Source of the DNA: Octopus bimaculoides
Taxonomy: Eukaryota
Reading direction: 5' to 3'
DNA length: 64,000 nucleotides
Assembly (NCBI RefSeq): GCF_001194135.2
Contig: NC_068990.1
Coordinates: 30,306,227 to 30,370,226, forward strand
The first letter of the stretch is position 1, and each line of letters starts with the position of its first letter. The notes under the pieces are model-generated. The model saw only the letters and a list, made by a program, of their open reading frames with translations, ran no database searches and was not told where the DNA came from. The position numbers and the translations under genes are program-made. This document shows, piece by piece, positions 13,672 to 25,852 of this stretch.

Positions 13672-13856
13672 GATTTCAAATAGTGAGTACAAGGCCAGCG
13701 ACCTTAAAGGAAGTGCCATTGGCCACAACAACAATTTCACTTACCTCAACAGGTCTTCACAAGCATAGTTTATTGTCCAATGATTGAAGGGTACTCAATA
13801 ATAATAATAATAAAGATTTCAAATAGTGAGTACAAGACCAGCGACCTTAAAGGAAG
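13551..13856. repeat. Direct tandem duplication (164 + 142 bp) differing mainly in (AAT)n length
   Basis: Copies start at 13551 and 13715. They show one substitution and about 13 vs about 6 AAT units. Confidence 0.95.
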
Positions 13857-14562
13857 GAGGTAAGTCAATTACATTGGCCTCAGTGCTCAACTGGTGCTCA
13901 TTTAATCAACCCCAAAAGAATGAAAGGCAAAAGAAACAAATGACAGGATTTCAATTTAGAAAGTAAAGAGTCATTATGATTCTGCTAAGCATTTTGTTTA
14001 ACATGCTAACGAGTCTACTGCTTTGCCGCCTCCTAATAATAATTTTGGTACAGTAATTTTGAGGGGAGGGGACAAGTTTTGTACATCAACCCCAGTACTT
14101 GACTGGTACCTATTTTATGAATCCATTAAGGATGAAAGGCAAAGATGACCTCAGTGGAATTTGAACTCAGAATGTAAAGGGCTGGAAAAAATGCTGCTGA
14201 GCATTTGTTCCAACACTGTAACAATTCTACCATTATGTCTTTATAGCAATTCTATCTTGGAAGAATTATATCGTGAAGAACACACAATCTCTTATATGCA
14301 GTTTGAAGCATCAAAACTGTCATCCGACTGCAATGACCTGATCAGTGATGCAGTTCCATCTGCAAAGGAATCGAGATGGTCACCAAATTGTGTGGGTAGG
14401 GCAAAAATATTGACATCTCACAAACTAAATGCAAAATGAATATAACAAGATTTTGTGTGTTCTAAAACTGGCTGAAATAATTCCTCCAAAACAGAATTGT
14501 TCCATTTTAACACTTCTCAGAGCAAGTCATTTGTTACACGAGTGCGAGTATTATATATACAT

Positions 14563-15039
14563 GAGGTGGTGAGGCAAGACCTTCGAACATTGGGCCTCAC
14601 CGAGGCGATGACTACTGACCAAGACCTTTGGAAATGTGCTGTGCGTGAGAAGACCCGGCAAGCCAAGTGAGATCGTTGCCAGTGCCCCTGGACAGGCTCT
14701 TGTGTGGGTGGCACATAAGATGTACCATCTTGAGCGTGACCGTTGCCAGCACCGCCTGACTGGCCTCCGTAGGATTTTTGAGCGAGATCGTTGCCAGTGC
14801 CCCTGGACTGGCTCTTGTGCGGGTGGCACGTAAAAGACACCATTTCGAGCGTGGCTGTTTTCGTGCGGGTGACACGTAAAAGCACCCACTACACTCTCTG
14901 AGTGGTTGGCGTTAGGAAGGGCATTCAGCTGTAGAAACTCTGCCAAATTAGATTGGAGCCTGGTGTTGCCATCCGGTTTCACCAGTCCTCAGTCAAATCG
15001 TCCAACCCATGCTAGCATGGAAAGCGGACGTTAAACGAT
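14563..15039 (+). mobile_element. 5'-truncated RTE LINE: ORF C-terminus plus complete 3' UTR
   Basis: EVVRQDLRTLGLTEAMTTDQDLWKCAVREKTRQAK* (14563-14670), then the GGTTGGCGTTAGGAAGGGC...CCATGCTAGCATGGAAAGCGGACGTTAAACGAT 3' end. Confidence 0.88.
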
Positions 15040-15699
15040 ATACACACACATATAATCATATATATATACAAATACATATATCATCATAGTCGTTTCAACA
15101 TCTGCTTTTCCATGCTAGCATGGGTTGGACAGAATTCGTTGAGGCAGATTTTCTATGGTCGGATGCCTCTCCTGTGGCTAACCCTCACGTTTCCTCATGA
15201 CCAGACATGTCCCCCACATTGTATGATAGCGATGCTTGTTTACAATTTCATGTGATGTCAAGACAAGGAGACATAAAAGTTATAGTAGAAGACACTTGCC
15301 CAAGGTGCCACGCAGTGGGACTGAACCTGGAACCATGTGGTTGGGAAGTAAGCCTCTTAGCCACACAACCAAACATAAATATGTAAACAATTGGAAACAG
15401 AAGAAGCAGAGTTCATAACCTTTGCAGACACCCCCCCTCCCGCACCTACTTTCCTTAACATCCTGACTGGTTGATACAACTGATGACTAAACGAAACACC
15501 TGCAGGACAATGTCTGCAGGAAGACTGTGAGTGGAGAACCACAACCAGAAGACTGCTACAAAGCGGCAGGATGGGAGGGGAGCACTTTCCTATACAGGAC
15601 TCATAAATAATAAGCAGTATATTAGGCCTATATATATTATATATATATATACATACATACACACACGCGCACACAGAATATGTATATATATATAGCTTT

Positions 15700-15927
15700 T
15701 ATCTTTTACTTGTTTCAGTCATTAGACTGCGGCCATGCTGGAGTACTACCTCGAAGAATTTTAGTCAATTGAATTAACCCCAGTACTTCTATTTTTTTAA
15801 GCCTCATACTTATCCTATCCATCCTATCTGCCAAACTGCTAAGTTATGGGGATGTAAACACACCAAAATACCAAAATTAGTTGTCAAGTGGTGGTGTGGG
15901 ACAAAACCCAGAGACACACATAAATGC

Positions 15928-15996
<69 letters not shown>

Positions 15997-16150
15997 TGCT
16001 GGACTTCTTTCAGTTCTAGTCTACCAAATCCACTCACAAAGTTGACTCGAGGTTACAGTAGGAAATACTTGCCCAAGGTGACACACAGTGGGACTGAATG
16101 CAGAACCATGTGGGTGGGAAGCAAACTTCTTACCACACAGCCACTCTTGT
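15700..16150 (-). mobile_element. SINE family B1, full length
   Basis: Reverse-complement homologue of 2377-2750 with an internal TG/TA microsatellite. Confidence 0.85.
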
Positions 16151-16899
16151 GCCCAGACATATTTGTGTGCATGTGTGTGTGTGTTTGTGTGTGTGAGTGT
16201 TACTACCGCCTTGCATTGATATCACATGACTGTTGTAAATGAATGTCTCTCTCGTGCAAGCAATGTCCTGTGTTTCCAATCTGCAGTTAATATATGTCTA
16301 GCCATGGAGAAAATAGTGACAGGAAGGGCATTTGGCATTTGGCTGTAGCAAATCTGCCCTGACAAGTTCTGTCTGACCTATGCAAGCATGGAAAAGTGGA
16401 CATTAAAAATGATGATGATGTTGATATATCATTTTTAATGTCCACCTTCTCATGCTGGCATGGGTCAGACAGAATTTGTTAGGGCAGATTTTCTACAGCT
16501 GGATGCACTTCCTGTCACCAACCCTCACCAAGCAAGGTGATATTTCGCCATGGTCAGACATGTTTTACATGGAAGACCAGGAAAGAACAACACCTCTTGT
16601 ATGACAATGATGCTCATTTACAACTATCATGTGATATCAAGACAACGGTACACACACACACACACAATCATATAAATGGAGGGCTTCTTCTAGTTTCCGA
16701 CTATCGAATCCACTCATAAGACTTTTATCAACAAAAAGAGGTTTGCCAATGTTCTACAGTGTGAGGACTAGAAGCATGGAATGTTCTGGATTGTAAGATG
16801 GTATATCAGAGGAAATAGAGACACTGCGAGAGAGATGTATGCATGGATGAATAATGGCACACTTTAATGATTCTGGAAAGAAAAAAGGCACAGAAGTGC

Positions 16900-18010
16900 T
16901 GTGAAAGGTTATAAAATGGGAGAAAGAGGGCCTTCCCAACAGAGGAACCAGTTGTTCTAACAAGGAAAGTCCCCAGTTAATCAGGGATTGCCACTGAGAT
17001 ACTTAGAATATTTAGGGGAATGGATACTGTCAAGTCACTTGTATGAGAAACAATCAGGTTGTTGAGAAAGGTGTCATACTTTACAAGTAGTGTAGCAACA
17101 TCATAGTCAGGTGTTTGTAAAATAAACAGCTTAAAAAGAATTCCAAGTATCAAATAGCTGGACCAGATGATGAAAGATGCAAAAAGAGTTTTAGTTCAAT
17201 TAGGAAAAGAATTAGACGAGATGAGATGCAGGGTTTGGTTCTGTGCTTGAAAAATGTATTTCCAATGTTCCCTTTCTGGTGTAACAACTGCAGGGAAAAT
17301 ATTTAGCTAAAAGTATGCCACTGCCATTAACATTCACCAATCTGGGAAAAGCCTTTGATGGGGACCTTTGCTTTGTGAACTGGGGGTTACTGAGGAAGCT
17401 AGGAGTAGATGAAAGGTTTATGAAAGCCTTTCAAACCATGTACAGAGATGCTCTCTGTAAGGTGAGAGCAACAATTACAGCATCCAATTAATGCACAGGT
17501 GGAGATCCATTAGGTCTCAGTTCTCAGTCCCCTTCTGTTCATCATTGTTCCCTAAGCCAAAACAAAGGAATTTAAGACCAGTCGTTCTTAAGGACTAATG
17601 TATTTTGAATGACTTTGTTCATATAGTGGAATTTGTAGTAGAATTAGAAAAAAGATTCCAGACGTGGGAGCAAAATCTAGAATCAAAAGGCCTCAATGAT
17701 AACTTACACTTAAAGATAGTTACTTGATAGTGAGATGCAGGCCCTAAATGTTGAAGACTTGCTATGATTAGAAAAAAAACTAAGCTAGCATGCTCCATCG
17801 AATTTTCAATGCCAGTGTGCATGAATGACAAAGTACAAATATGTTGAGAAAATAACTGAGAACCAGAGGAATCAGATGTACTGTGCATGAAAAAAGACTG
17901 CACTGGTATGGACGTGTGACATATATGGATAGGGGCAGTTATATAAAGAAGTGCCGGTGGCTTAATGTGGATGGAGCTTGTAGAAGAGGGAAACCCAGGC
18001 AGACAGGTAA
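16900..18010 (+). mobile_element. Heavily degraded RTE LINE reverse transcriptase (probably the same lineage as 14563)
   Basis: Frameshifted remnants of LDEMQ, EKAFD...LRKLGVDE...MYRDA..KVR, and RRGKPRQT. Confidence 0.75.
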
Positions 18011-18890
18011 CGAAGAGTTGGGCTAATATGTAGGTGGTCCAGAAAACTCAAATCTCAAAAGGTGGGAAATAAGAAGTTGTGGCTTTTATGCTTTTCTCAA
18101 GTATAAAAACCGATGATTGATAATAAAAAAAAATAGTTAAACGCAAAAAAGAAATTAATTCTGGTATGGGAACCACCAAAATTCAAGGGACTGTTCTTGC
18201 TTGCTGTTAGTGTTTGTGTGTTCTATTTAGTATCAAGTCAGCTCTGGTGGAGCAGATCGATGAACTTTAGCATTCTAATGCTGTTTCTTTTTTCCATCTT
18301 ATCAGTCATAATGTCTTTAGAACATTATCATCAAGCGTATCCTCTTTATCAGATGCTGCGGTGTGATATGAAAGGGGACGTAGCTGTTATTTCTAGCAGC
18401 TTATAGAGGCCTCTGGTCCATGAGCATCGAAAATGCACGTTTAGATGGCAAGAAAAGCGAACTCCAATACCGGTCTCTATGGAATCGTTGTAAGCAAAAC
18501 CGGAAAGAAAGAAGAAATGCTACCAACCCCCTCATATGAAAAGGCGTGTCACAAACAATGACGCTTCGCTTCTTCCATAACGTCAGTTACCGCGAGATTT
18601 TTCCGCTAGTGTGACTCATGAAACCTGTATAACGTTCACTGTCACAAATCTTACGGAAGCCCAACGTTGTAGCAACATTTTTGAAACTTCTTTTCCTAGG
18701 TTTAATAATAATGAGCTTATTGTAATAGAACGGTGAGGTGCGCTATAGCTCACCAGAAAAGGTTAAAAGGGGGGGGGGACAGAGAGAAGACAGCAATAAA
18801 AACCAGAAGTACTTGAAAAGTGAATAAAATAAAACACTAAAAAACAGAAAAGTGGATATTAAACGAGGAGGAAAAGCTGCAAAAACTTAC

Positions 18891-19080
18891 CAGAAATAGT
18901 GTTGGCGATTTTAAGGAAGCATGGAGCATTTGAAGGATGAAGTGTCCCGAGTATTCAACAGCTAATGCGAGGAATTTATTCTGTATTTCGGCAATTGTAA
19001 ACCTGAAAGAAACGTTTGCGAAGTCCCAATCATTTATTCATTTCTTTTTCTTCCCGCTCGACACCGAACACTCGTTTTCT
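18891..19080 (-). other. Candidate first exon of an unidentified minus-strand gene (possible CDS start 18929, MLHASLKSPTLFL)
   Basis: Perfect GTAAGT donor (plus-strand ACTTAC at 18885-18890), ATG in caaATG context, CpG-retaining unique flank. A TTTCAG acceptor at 19003 would alternatively give a 112-nt exon. No homology recognised. Confidence 0.4.
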
Positions 19081-21690
19081 TCGTTTCATTCATTCTAAGA
19101 GTTCAATTGTTCGGCTTAATTTATAAAGGCCGAAGCTAAACACAAGAAGCATTGTTTCAAATATTTCCCTTTTAAAAGCTCAACTGAACAAAATGGAAAT
19201 AATAATTCTTTTTTTTTTTTTTTCTTACTTATTCTTCTAGTATAGTATTGTCCACACTTTGCTAGAATGGTTATTGAAATATTCAATTGTCCTTAACTTT
19301 ATGGGTGCATTTATTATTTTAATATTTACTCGGAAACAGTAAAAGGTAAACTAGACACCAGCAGGGATCGTAAATAAATACTTCAGACCTTGTGTCCAAC
19401 GATATTGCTGACTTGGCTTATATATTTCAATTGGGACTTTAAACCTACAAGAAGTTGCTGAGCAAATTATTTCAGCCACTTTTTTAAACACTTACACCCC
19501 CTACTGGATCGTAGAGAGTGGGAACCTTCAGGTAGTCGTCTGAATTGCTAGAAATAGCAACGAAATCTCATTCAAATCATATCCTATCATAAAAAAAAGA
19601 CACAATGGATAATGTAAAACTGAGTACATTGTGGTCACAGCTGTTTTGTTCTTAGTCATTGATTCTCTCAGTGAAAGCTAAGCTAAATAACGACAAACTT
19701 AAGCGCTTGAGACACTTATAACTAAACAAGACAGACATAATGCCTTTTGTTAGTTCTAGTGAATGTTTGTCGTGTAAACTATTCTGAATAAATGACGCTG
19801 TGTTTGTCTTGGTGTTCTGAACAGCACTGCATCCTTTAAGTACAAACAAATAAATTTAACAAGAACTGTTGATGAAACCTACCTTGACTCAATGTACCCA
19901 ACACAGCAAATCCTTGGATGGCGACAAGAGCAATAAGATCTCAGACCAGACTGAAACAAGACATAAGATTCTGAGAGGTCCGTAAGCTACCTTGATACCA
20001 TTGGTCCATCCTTTCTAGACACCGCCTATCCTACTGAGCTATTCAAGTGACCTCTATGTTATAAATGTACTAAAGCTCCCTCTACTCAGGCTCTCTTTAT
20101 ACCATAATTGCTCAGCTCTACTCATGCTTCTTCCTATGCCATAACCCTACCATTTCTTCCCAGAATATTCAAAAGATACTGACTTTAATTTTAAAAATAC
20201 AAGCTTCTTAATGGAAGGTGACAATTTTCAGACCTTTTGGAATTAGCTTTAGGTGTACGTGTGCGTATGTATATCCTCCTCATCATCATCGTCGTTTAAC
20301 ATCTACTTTCCATGCTGGCATGGGTTGGACGGTTTGACTGAGGACTGGCAAGCCAAGGGGCTGCACCAGACTCCAATCAGATTTGGCAAGGTTTCTACAG
20401 CTGGATGCCCTTCCTAACGTCAACCACTGTGAGAGTGTAGTGGGTGCTGTTTACGTGCCACCAGCCCAGGGGCTAGTCAAGTGGCACTGGCATCGACCAC
20501 GCTTGAATGGTGCTTTTTACATGCAGTCCAGCAGCACTGGCATGCGGGAAGGACTGTTTCAACGAAGTCACGTATTGTCCTTGCCTTTGAAACGCGGAGT
20601 AGATGAAACAGGGACAACTGACGAAAGGGTATACTCTTTATGTTGCATGTCTCGTTTCTCTGTTTGTCTTTTTCTTTGTTCGAAAAAAAAGTTCGTTTTC
20701 TATGCTTTCGCTTTCATATTTTCGTTTCTCATTGTGTTCAACGTTTTTTTGATGTCCTGTACCCATATTTGCATGTATGTATACATATAGATGTAGGTAT
20801 GTACATATATGTATGGATATATGCATATATTTATATATTATTTATATTATTATATGATCGAACGCCACGCATCCTTTTCCAAGTTTTATCTTATATATAT
20901 ATGTGTGTGCGTGTGTGTTTAAATGTACACTATTTATACAAATAATATATAGTCTATTGTCTAGTTTTCTACATGCTAGGCCACTGATAGTAGAGTAACA
21001 CAGGATGTGACAAGGTCGGCCCTTTGATTTACAGGTACAATTCATTTTTGACAGCTGAGTGGACTGGGGGCAATGTGAAATAAAGTGTCAGGCTCAAATA
21101 TGTGCGAACAATTCTGCCAGCTCATCATCTTAAACTCATGAAATAATATAGAATCTTTGAATTAGGAGAGAGGCCGACAGAGCTGAAGCAGACCTGAAGT
21201 GAAGAGAGCATGTCATGGATGGGAATAAAAGGACTTTAACAAACTCAGCAGATTGATTGACTAAATGATTAACCATGCAGTCAATTAGATGACTGGTTAA
21301 TTAGTTGACAATAAAAGAAGTGAAATATAATCAGTGCATGTGTTTATTATTATTAGCATAATGGTCCTCCCAAGATCTAATAAAATCTGTTTCAACACAC
21401 AAAGTTCACATCTAGAATACAAAACCAAAAATTCTAAATTCTGTTTGCCTTGTGGTTGTGTTAAATAAAAGGTATTTTGTGAGTGAAACAATAAAAGTTG
21501 ACCTAATTTGTTCCTTTGTGAAATCAATCTGTCACCAAAAGGAACAGAACTATGCAAAAACTTCCAAATTGTTTGGCAGACGATTACATTTTTTAATTGT
21601 ATGAATTCCATTAATAATCTTTGACCATCGTTATATTTTGTTGAAATTACACACATAAACACACACACACACACATACACATATATATCT

Positions 21691-23482
21691 CATGAATGGA
21701 AAGTTGTCTGGGAACGATGGCATAGCAGCTGAGATATATAAATATGGTAGCAGCCTCCTGTTGAACAAGTTATGTGACCTTTACTCCTTAATCTGGGAAC
21801 CAGGATCAATCCCATGGGAGTTTAAAGATGCTTCTCTTGTCCATCTTGATAAGCATCAAAGGCAATAAATGTGAATGTGACCACCATAGAAGTTATCTCC
21901 CCTTTTGTGTGTTGCTGTGAAGATCCTTGAAAGGGTTATCTTAAACAGACTCAACGATGCCCTTGCCAGCTTAGTGTTGCCTGAATCTCAGTGTGGATTT
22001 CAAGCTGGTGGATACGATTTTTAGCCTAAGGCAGCTGCAGGAAAAGGCTCATGAGCACAATCGAAATATTTTTGTCACTTTTGTAGATCTAACTAAAGCT
22101 TTTGACACCATATCTAGGGGTGCTCTTTGGGTTGTCCTTAGAAAGCTAGGTGTTCCTAAAAATCTGCTCAATATCATCATTTCTTTCCATTGAAGGATGA
22201 TGGCTTCTGTCAGATCTAGTGGGGAAGTGTCTGATGCATTCACAGTCTCAAATGGGAAAAAAAACAATGCTTTGTATTTCTCCATCATGTCTCCAGCATT
22301 CAAGGGTGTTAAAGAAGGAGTAAAGCCAGTACAGAACTGGTGGTGGCTTGTTCAACCAACGCACTTCCAAGCAAAAACTAAGACTTTGGTGCAAACAGTT
22401 TGAGATTTGCTCTTCGCAGACAATTGTGCACTTGTAGCACACACTCTTCAAGACATGTATTCTAAACAACTTCTCGTGTACACTGAAGGCGTTTGGGCTG
22501 ACCATCAGCATAAAAAAAAGAACTGAGCTTGTCCATCAGCCCATTCATGACCATCTTCCCACTGTTGCCCCTACTGTATATGTTGATGGGAAAGAATTAA
22601 AAACTGTTTCCTCCTTCACTTATTTTGGTTCCATTGTGTCCAATGATGTAAAGATGGATAAAGAAATCAGGTTCAGAATCGGAACAGCTAGCTCTACTTT
22701 CGGTAAGCTTTATTACAGGCTATGGAACAGCCATGATGTATCGTTGAAGGTGAAGGTTGATGTATATAAGTCGGTGGTCTTGACAACATTACTTTATGGT
22801 GCTGAATCTTGGACTTTGTACCAAAAGCACATCAACCAGCTTGACGCTTTTCATATACGATGCTTGCGTATTATTTCCAGCATAAAACCAAGTGACCATA
22901 TTCGTAATAGTGAGGTACTAACAAAATGCAACATATCAAGTATTGGAGCCATCCTCATCAAAATACAGCTTTGATGGTCAGGTCATCTCTCACGTATGAG
23001 TGATATCAGAATTCCGAAGCAATGTCTCTTTAGCCAATTCCCAAGGGGAAGGTCAGTTGGAAGGCCACTCTTGCACTTCAAAGACAAATTAAAAGACAAT
23101 CTGAAGTGATGCAACATTCGCTTTTCTTCCTGGGAAAACAGCATCTGAACGCAGGACCTGGTGCCAGTCCTGCTTCTCCTTAATCCAAAGATTTGAGCTA
23201 AGTTGGCTCCAACATAGGGACCAACTTCATGCAAGTATGGAGGCAGGCTGGGAAAATGCTGCTCTTCTAAATGGAAACCTTACTTGTCATTGTGGTTTTG
23301 TGGCACGAAGCAAAGCAGGCCTTGCTGCCCACTCAAGAAAGCACATAGTAAATGATCCACAAGCACTCAAGCAAACTGAGTCCTCAACTTGTTCCATTTG
23401 CCAAAAGGTTTGCAAGGCACCAGCAGACCTCTAGAGACACTTTCATGTCCATAGAACATGGTTAACACTTTATTTCACTTAA
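21691..23482 (+). mobile_element. RTE (BovB-like) LINE ORF2 pseudogene: RT domain plus C-terminal zinc fingers
   Basis: GNDGIAAEIYK, LPESQCGF, IFSLRQLQEK...FVDLTKAFDTISR, FTYFGS, VYKSVVLTTLLYGAESWT, GRP.L.FKD and CHCGFVARSKAGLAAHSRKH. Many stops and frameshifts. Confidence 0.93.
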
Positions 23483-23511
23483 TTCAAATTTGTCATTCAT
23501 GACAAGATAAT

Positions 23512-23559
<48 letters not shown>

Positions 23560-24446
23560 NNNNNNNNNNNNNNNNNNNNNNNNNNNNNNNNNNNNNNNNN
23601 NNNNNNNNNNNNNNNATATATATATCATCATCATCATCATCATCATCATCATCTAATATCTGTTTTCCATGCTGACATGGGTGGGTTTGACGATTTGAAA
23701 GGAGCTGACCAGCTGAAAGGTTGTTCAGGCTACATGTCTGTTTTGGCATGGTTTCTACAGCTGGATGCCCTTCCTAATACCAACCAGCGCATGTGTGTGT
23801 GTATAAAATGGATAATAAAATGAATGGGTTACACCTGGTATATTCCATCTTCCGACTTTCATTTGCCATATATACATATATATATATATATGTGTGTATA
23901 CACACACACGCACATAGAGAGAGAGAGAGAGAGAGAGAAAGAAAGAGGGAGAGAGCCATCTTTAGATGCTTTTATTTTCCATCATATAAGTGTTTACATA
24001 AATAATAAAGGTAACGATTTCATAAATTAGCACTAATGTTCACATTACTTGGTTAAAGTGTAATAGACTAAATCAATGGCGGTAGATAAGTAGTAATTAA
24101 TTTCATTGATGATGAAGGAGTGGGTCAAGAGGCAATTGTGACTCTGGTGGTGCTATTTGAACTTGAAACAAGAAAATCAAAACCAACAACAACAATAATA
24201 ATTTTTTCAACTGTAGGCACAAGGCATGGAATTTGATATGGAAGGGATTAGTTAATTACTTTGACCCCTGTGTTTGACTGGCACATATTTTATTAACTCT
24301 TAAATATTTTATTAACTTTGGCATTTTTGACAGCTGAGTGAACTGGGGCAATGTGAAATAAAGTGGCGCGCTCAAAGGTGTAATGTGGATGTATAATGAT
24401 GGAGTGGCTGGTGTGGTGGTGATGCTAGCTGGTGCAGTGGTCTTCC

Positions 24447-25095
24447 TCAGAGTACTTCATGGTAGACAATATTTTGTGTGTATGTCACACCACGTTTTTG
24501 GCCTTGTCTGTTATCCTGCTCTTGAAAATGCAACATATAATTGGCCATGAGAAAATACTGGTTGAGGAAAATGTATTCAAACTTTTTCAAATGTTTGCCC
24601 TTGAGCCTTATTAATTGTTATTGAATATGCAAGTTGAAGTGGAAACTGAAGTCTGTTTAGTGTGAATGGAATATTTGCATCACTTGGGCTAAGTTTAATT
24701 CTGGGAATTAGAACTGTATGACCTCTGTTGGAGCCTGTTACCAATGATGCCTCTACACAATGTTCATGAAGTCTTTGCACTTTCATGCGAGTTCCATTAC
24801 ATAATCCTTGACAGATCAAAAGATTTCTTAGCAGCATTACAATAGCCCCTACTTTTAGGTTGAGGCGATGGGGAGGCATACCGGATGGAGTGAGTGAGTT
24901 TATGAATTCAAATGGATAGTTCTGAACCTCCTCTTCATTATTGCAGGACACTGAATCTGTGCTTAAGTATAATATTAAGAACTTTTTCATTTATTGTGAG
25001 ACAGTCAGAATTTTTAGGGGATAAAATTACTCGGTTTTCCATTTCTTCTGGTGTACAGTTGTTGAAAATTTCTGGGTACAAACGTACAAATTGAA
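24447..25095 (-). mobile_element. Helitron PIF1-type helicase C-terminal fragment
   Basis: RVILSPKN, PPHRLNLKVGAIVMLLRNL...GLCNGTR, QFPLQLAYSITINKAQGQT, then (frameshifted) PVFSHGQLYVAFSR...TQNIVYHEVL*. Confidence 0.92.
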
Positions 25096-25805
25096 ATGCA
25101 TAAGAACAAAATAATAAATGGATTTATGAATGAAAGTTTGGTAATTGCATTTATTTCCACCATGCGACACTTATTATTGCAAACATGGTTTAACTAACCT
25201 AAACTATACACACACAAATACATTCATATATATATGTCTCGAGTTGTAGCTGTAATTCAAAGGAGCCACTAGCACTGAAGCCAGACAGCTGCTCTGGCAA
25301 TGAACACGCTCGGACAGTGCTGTTAGTGTATATATATATATATATATATATAGTGATAGAAGAGGAGCTATTTACAGATGAAGGCATATCAAAGTGAACC
25401 ATACCATGTTTGATGGTTAGACCGGATGATGCAAATCAACAAACAAACAATCCATTCTATTAGTGAAAGAAAGTTTATTGGTGTCTGGTAATCTGCAAAA
25501 CTTTCAGTGTGGCATTAATAGTTTAACAATAAAATGCCAGATGAATGGATTATATGCTTTCACCACAATGTTTTATGAGAAGATTTTATAACAGTTGTGA
25601 TATATTCCTAATGATTTTTATGTCTTATTTGTTATTGTTTCTGTAGAACACCAGTTCAGTTCTGATCCAGTAGACATATATCGAAGAGAATACACGACAC
25701 AAGCTGTCTTAAGAGAAGAAATTCTTCTCTTAGATAATACAGGCATAAACACACCACTAGGCCGAAAATGACATCATCACAATGGAGGACACATGCATTT
25801 CTGCA

Positions 25806-25852
<47 letters not shown>

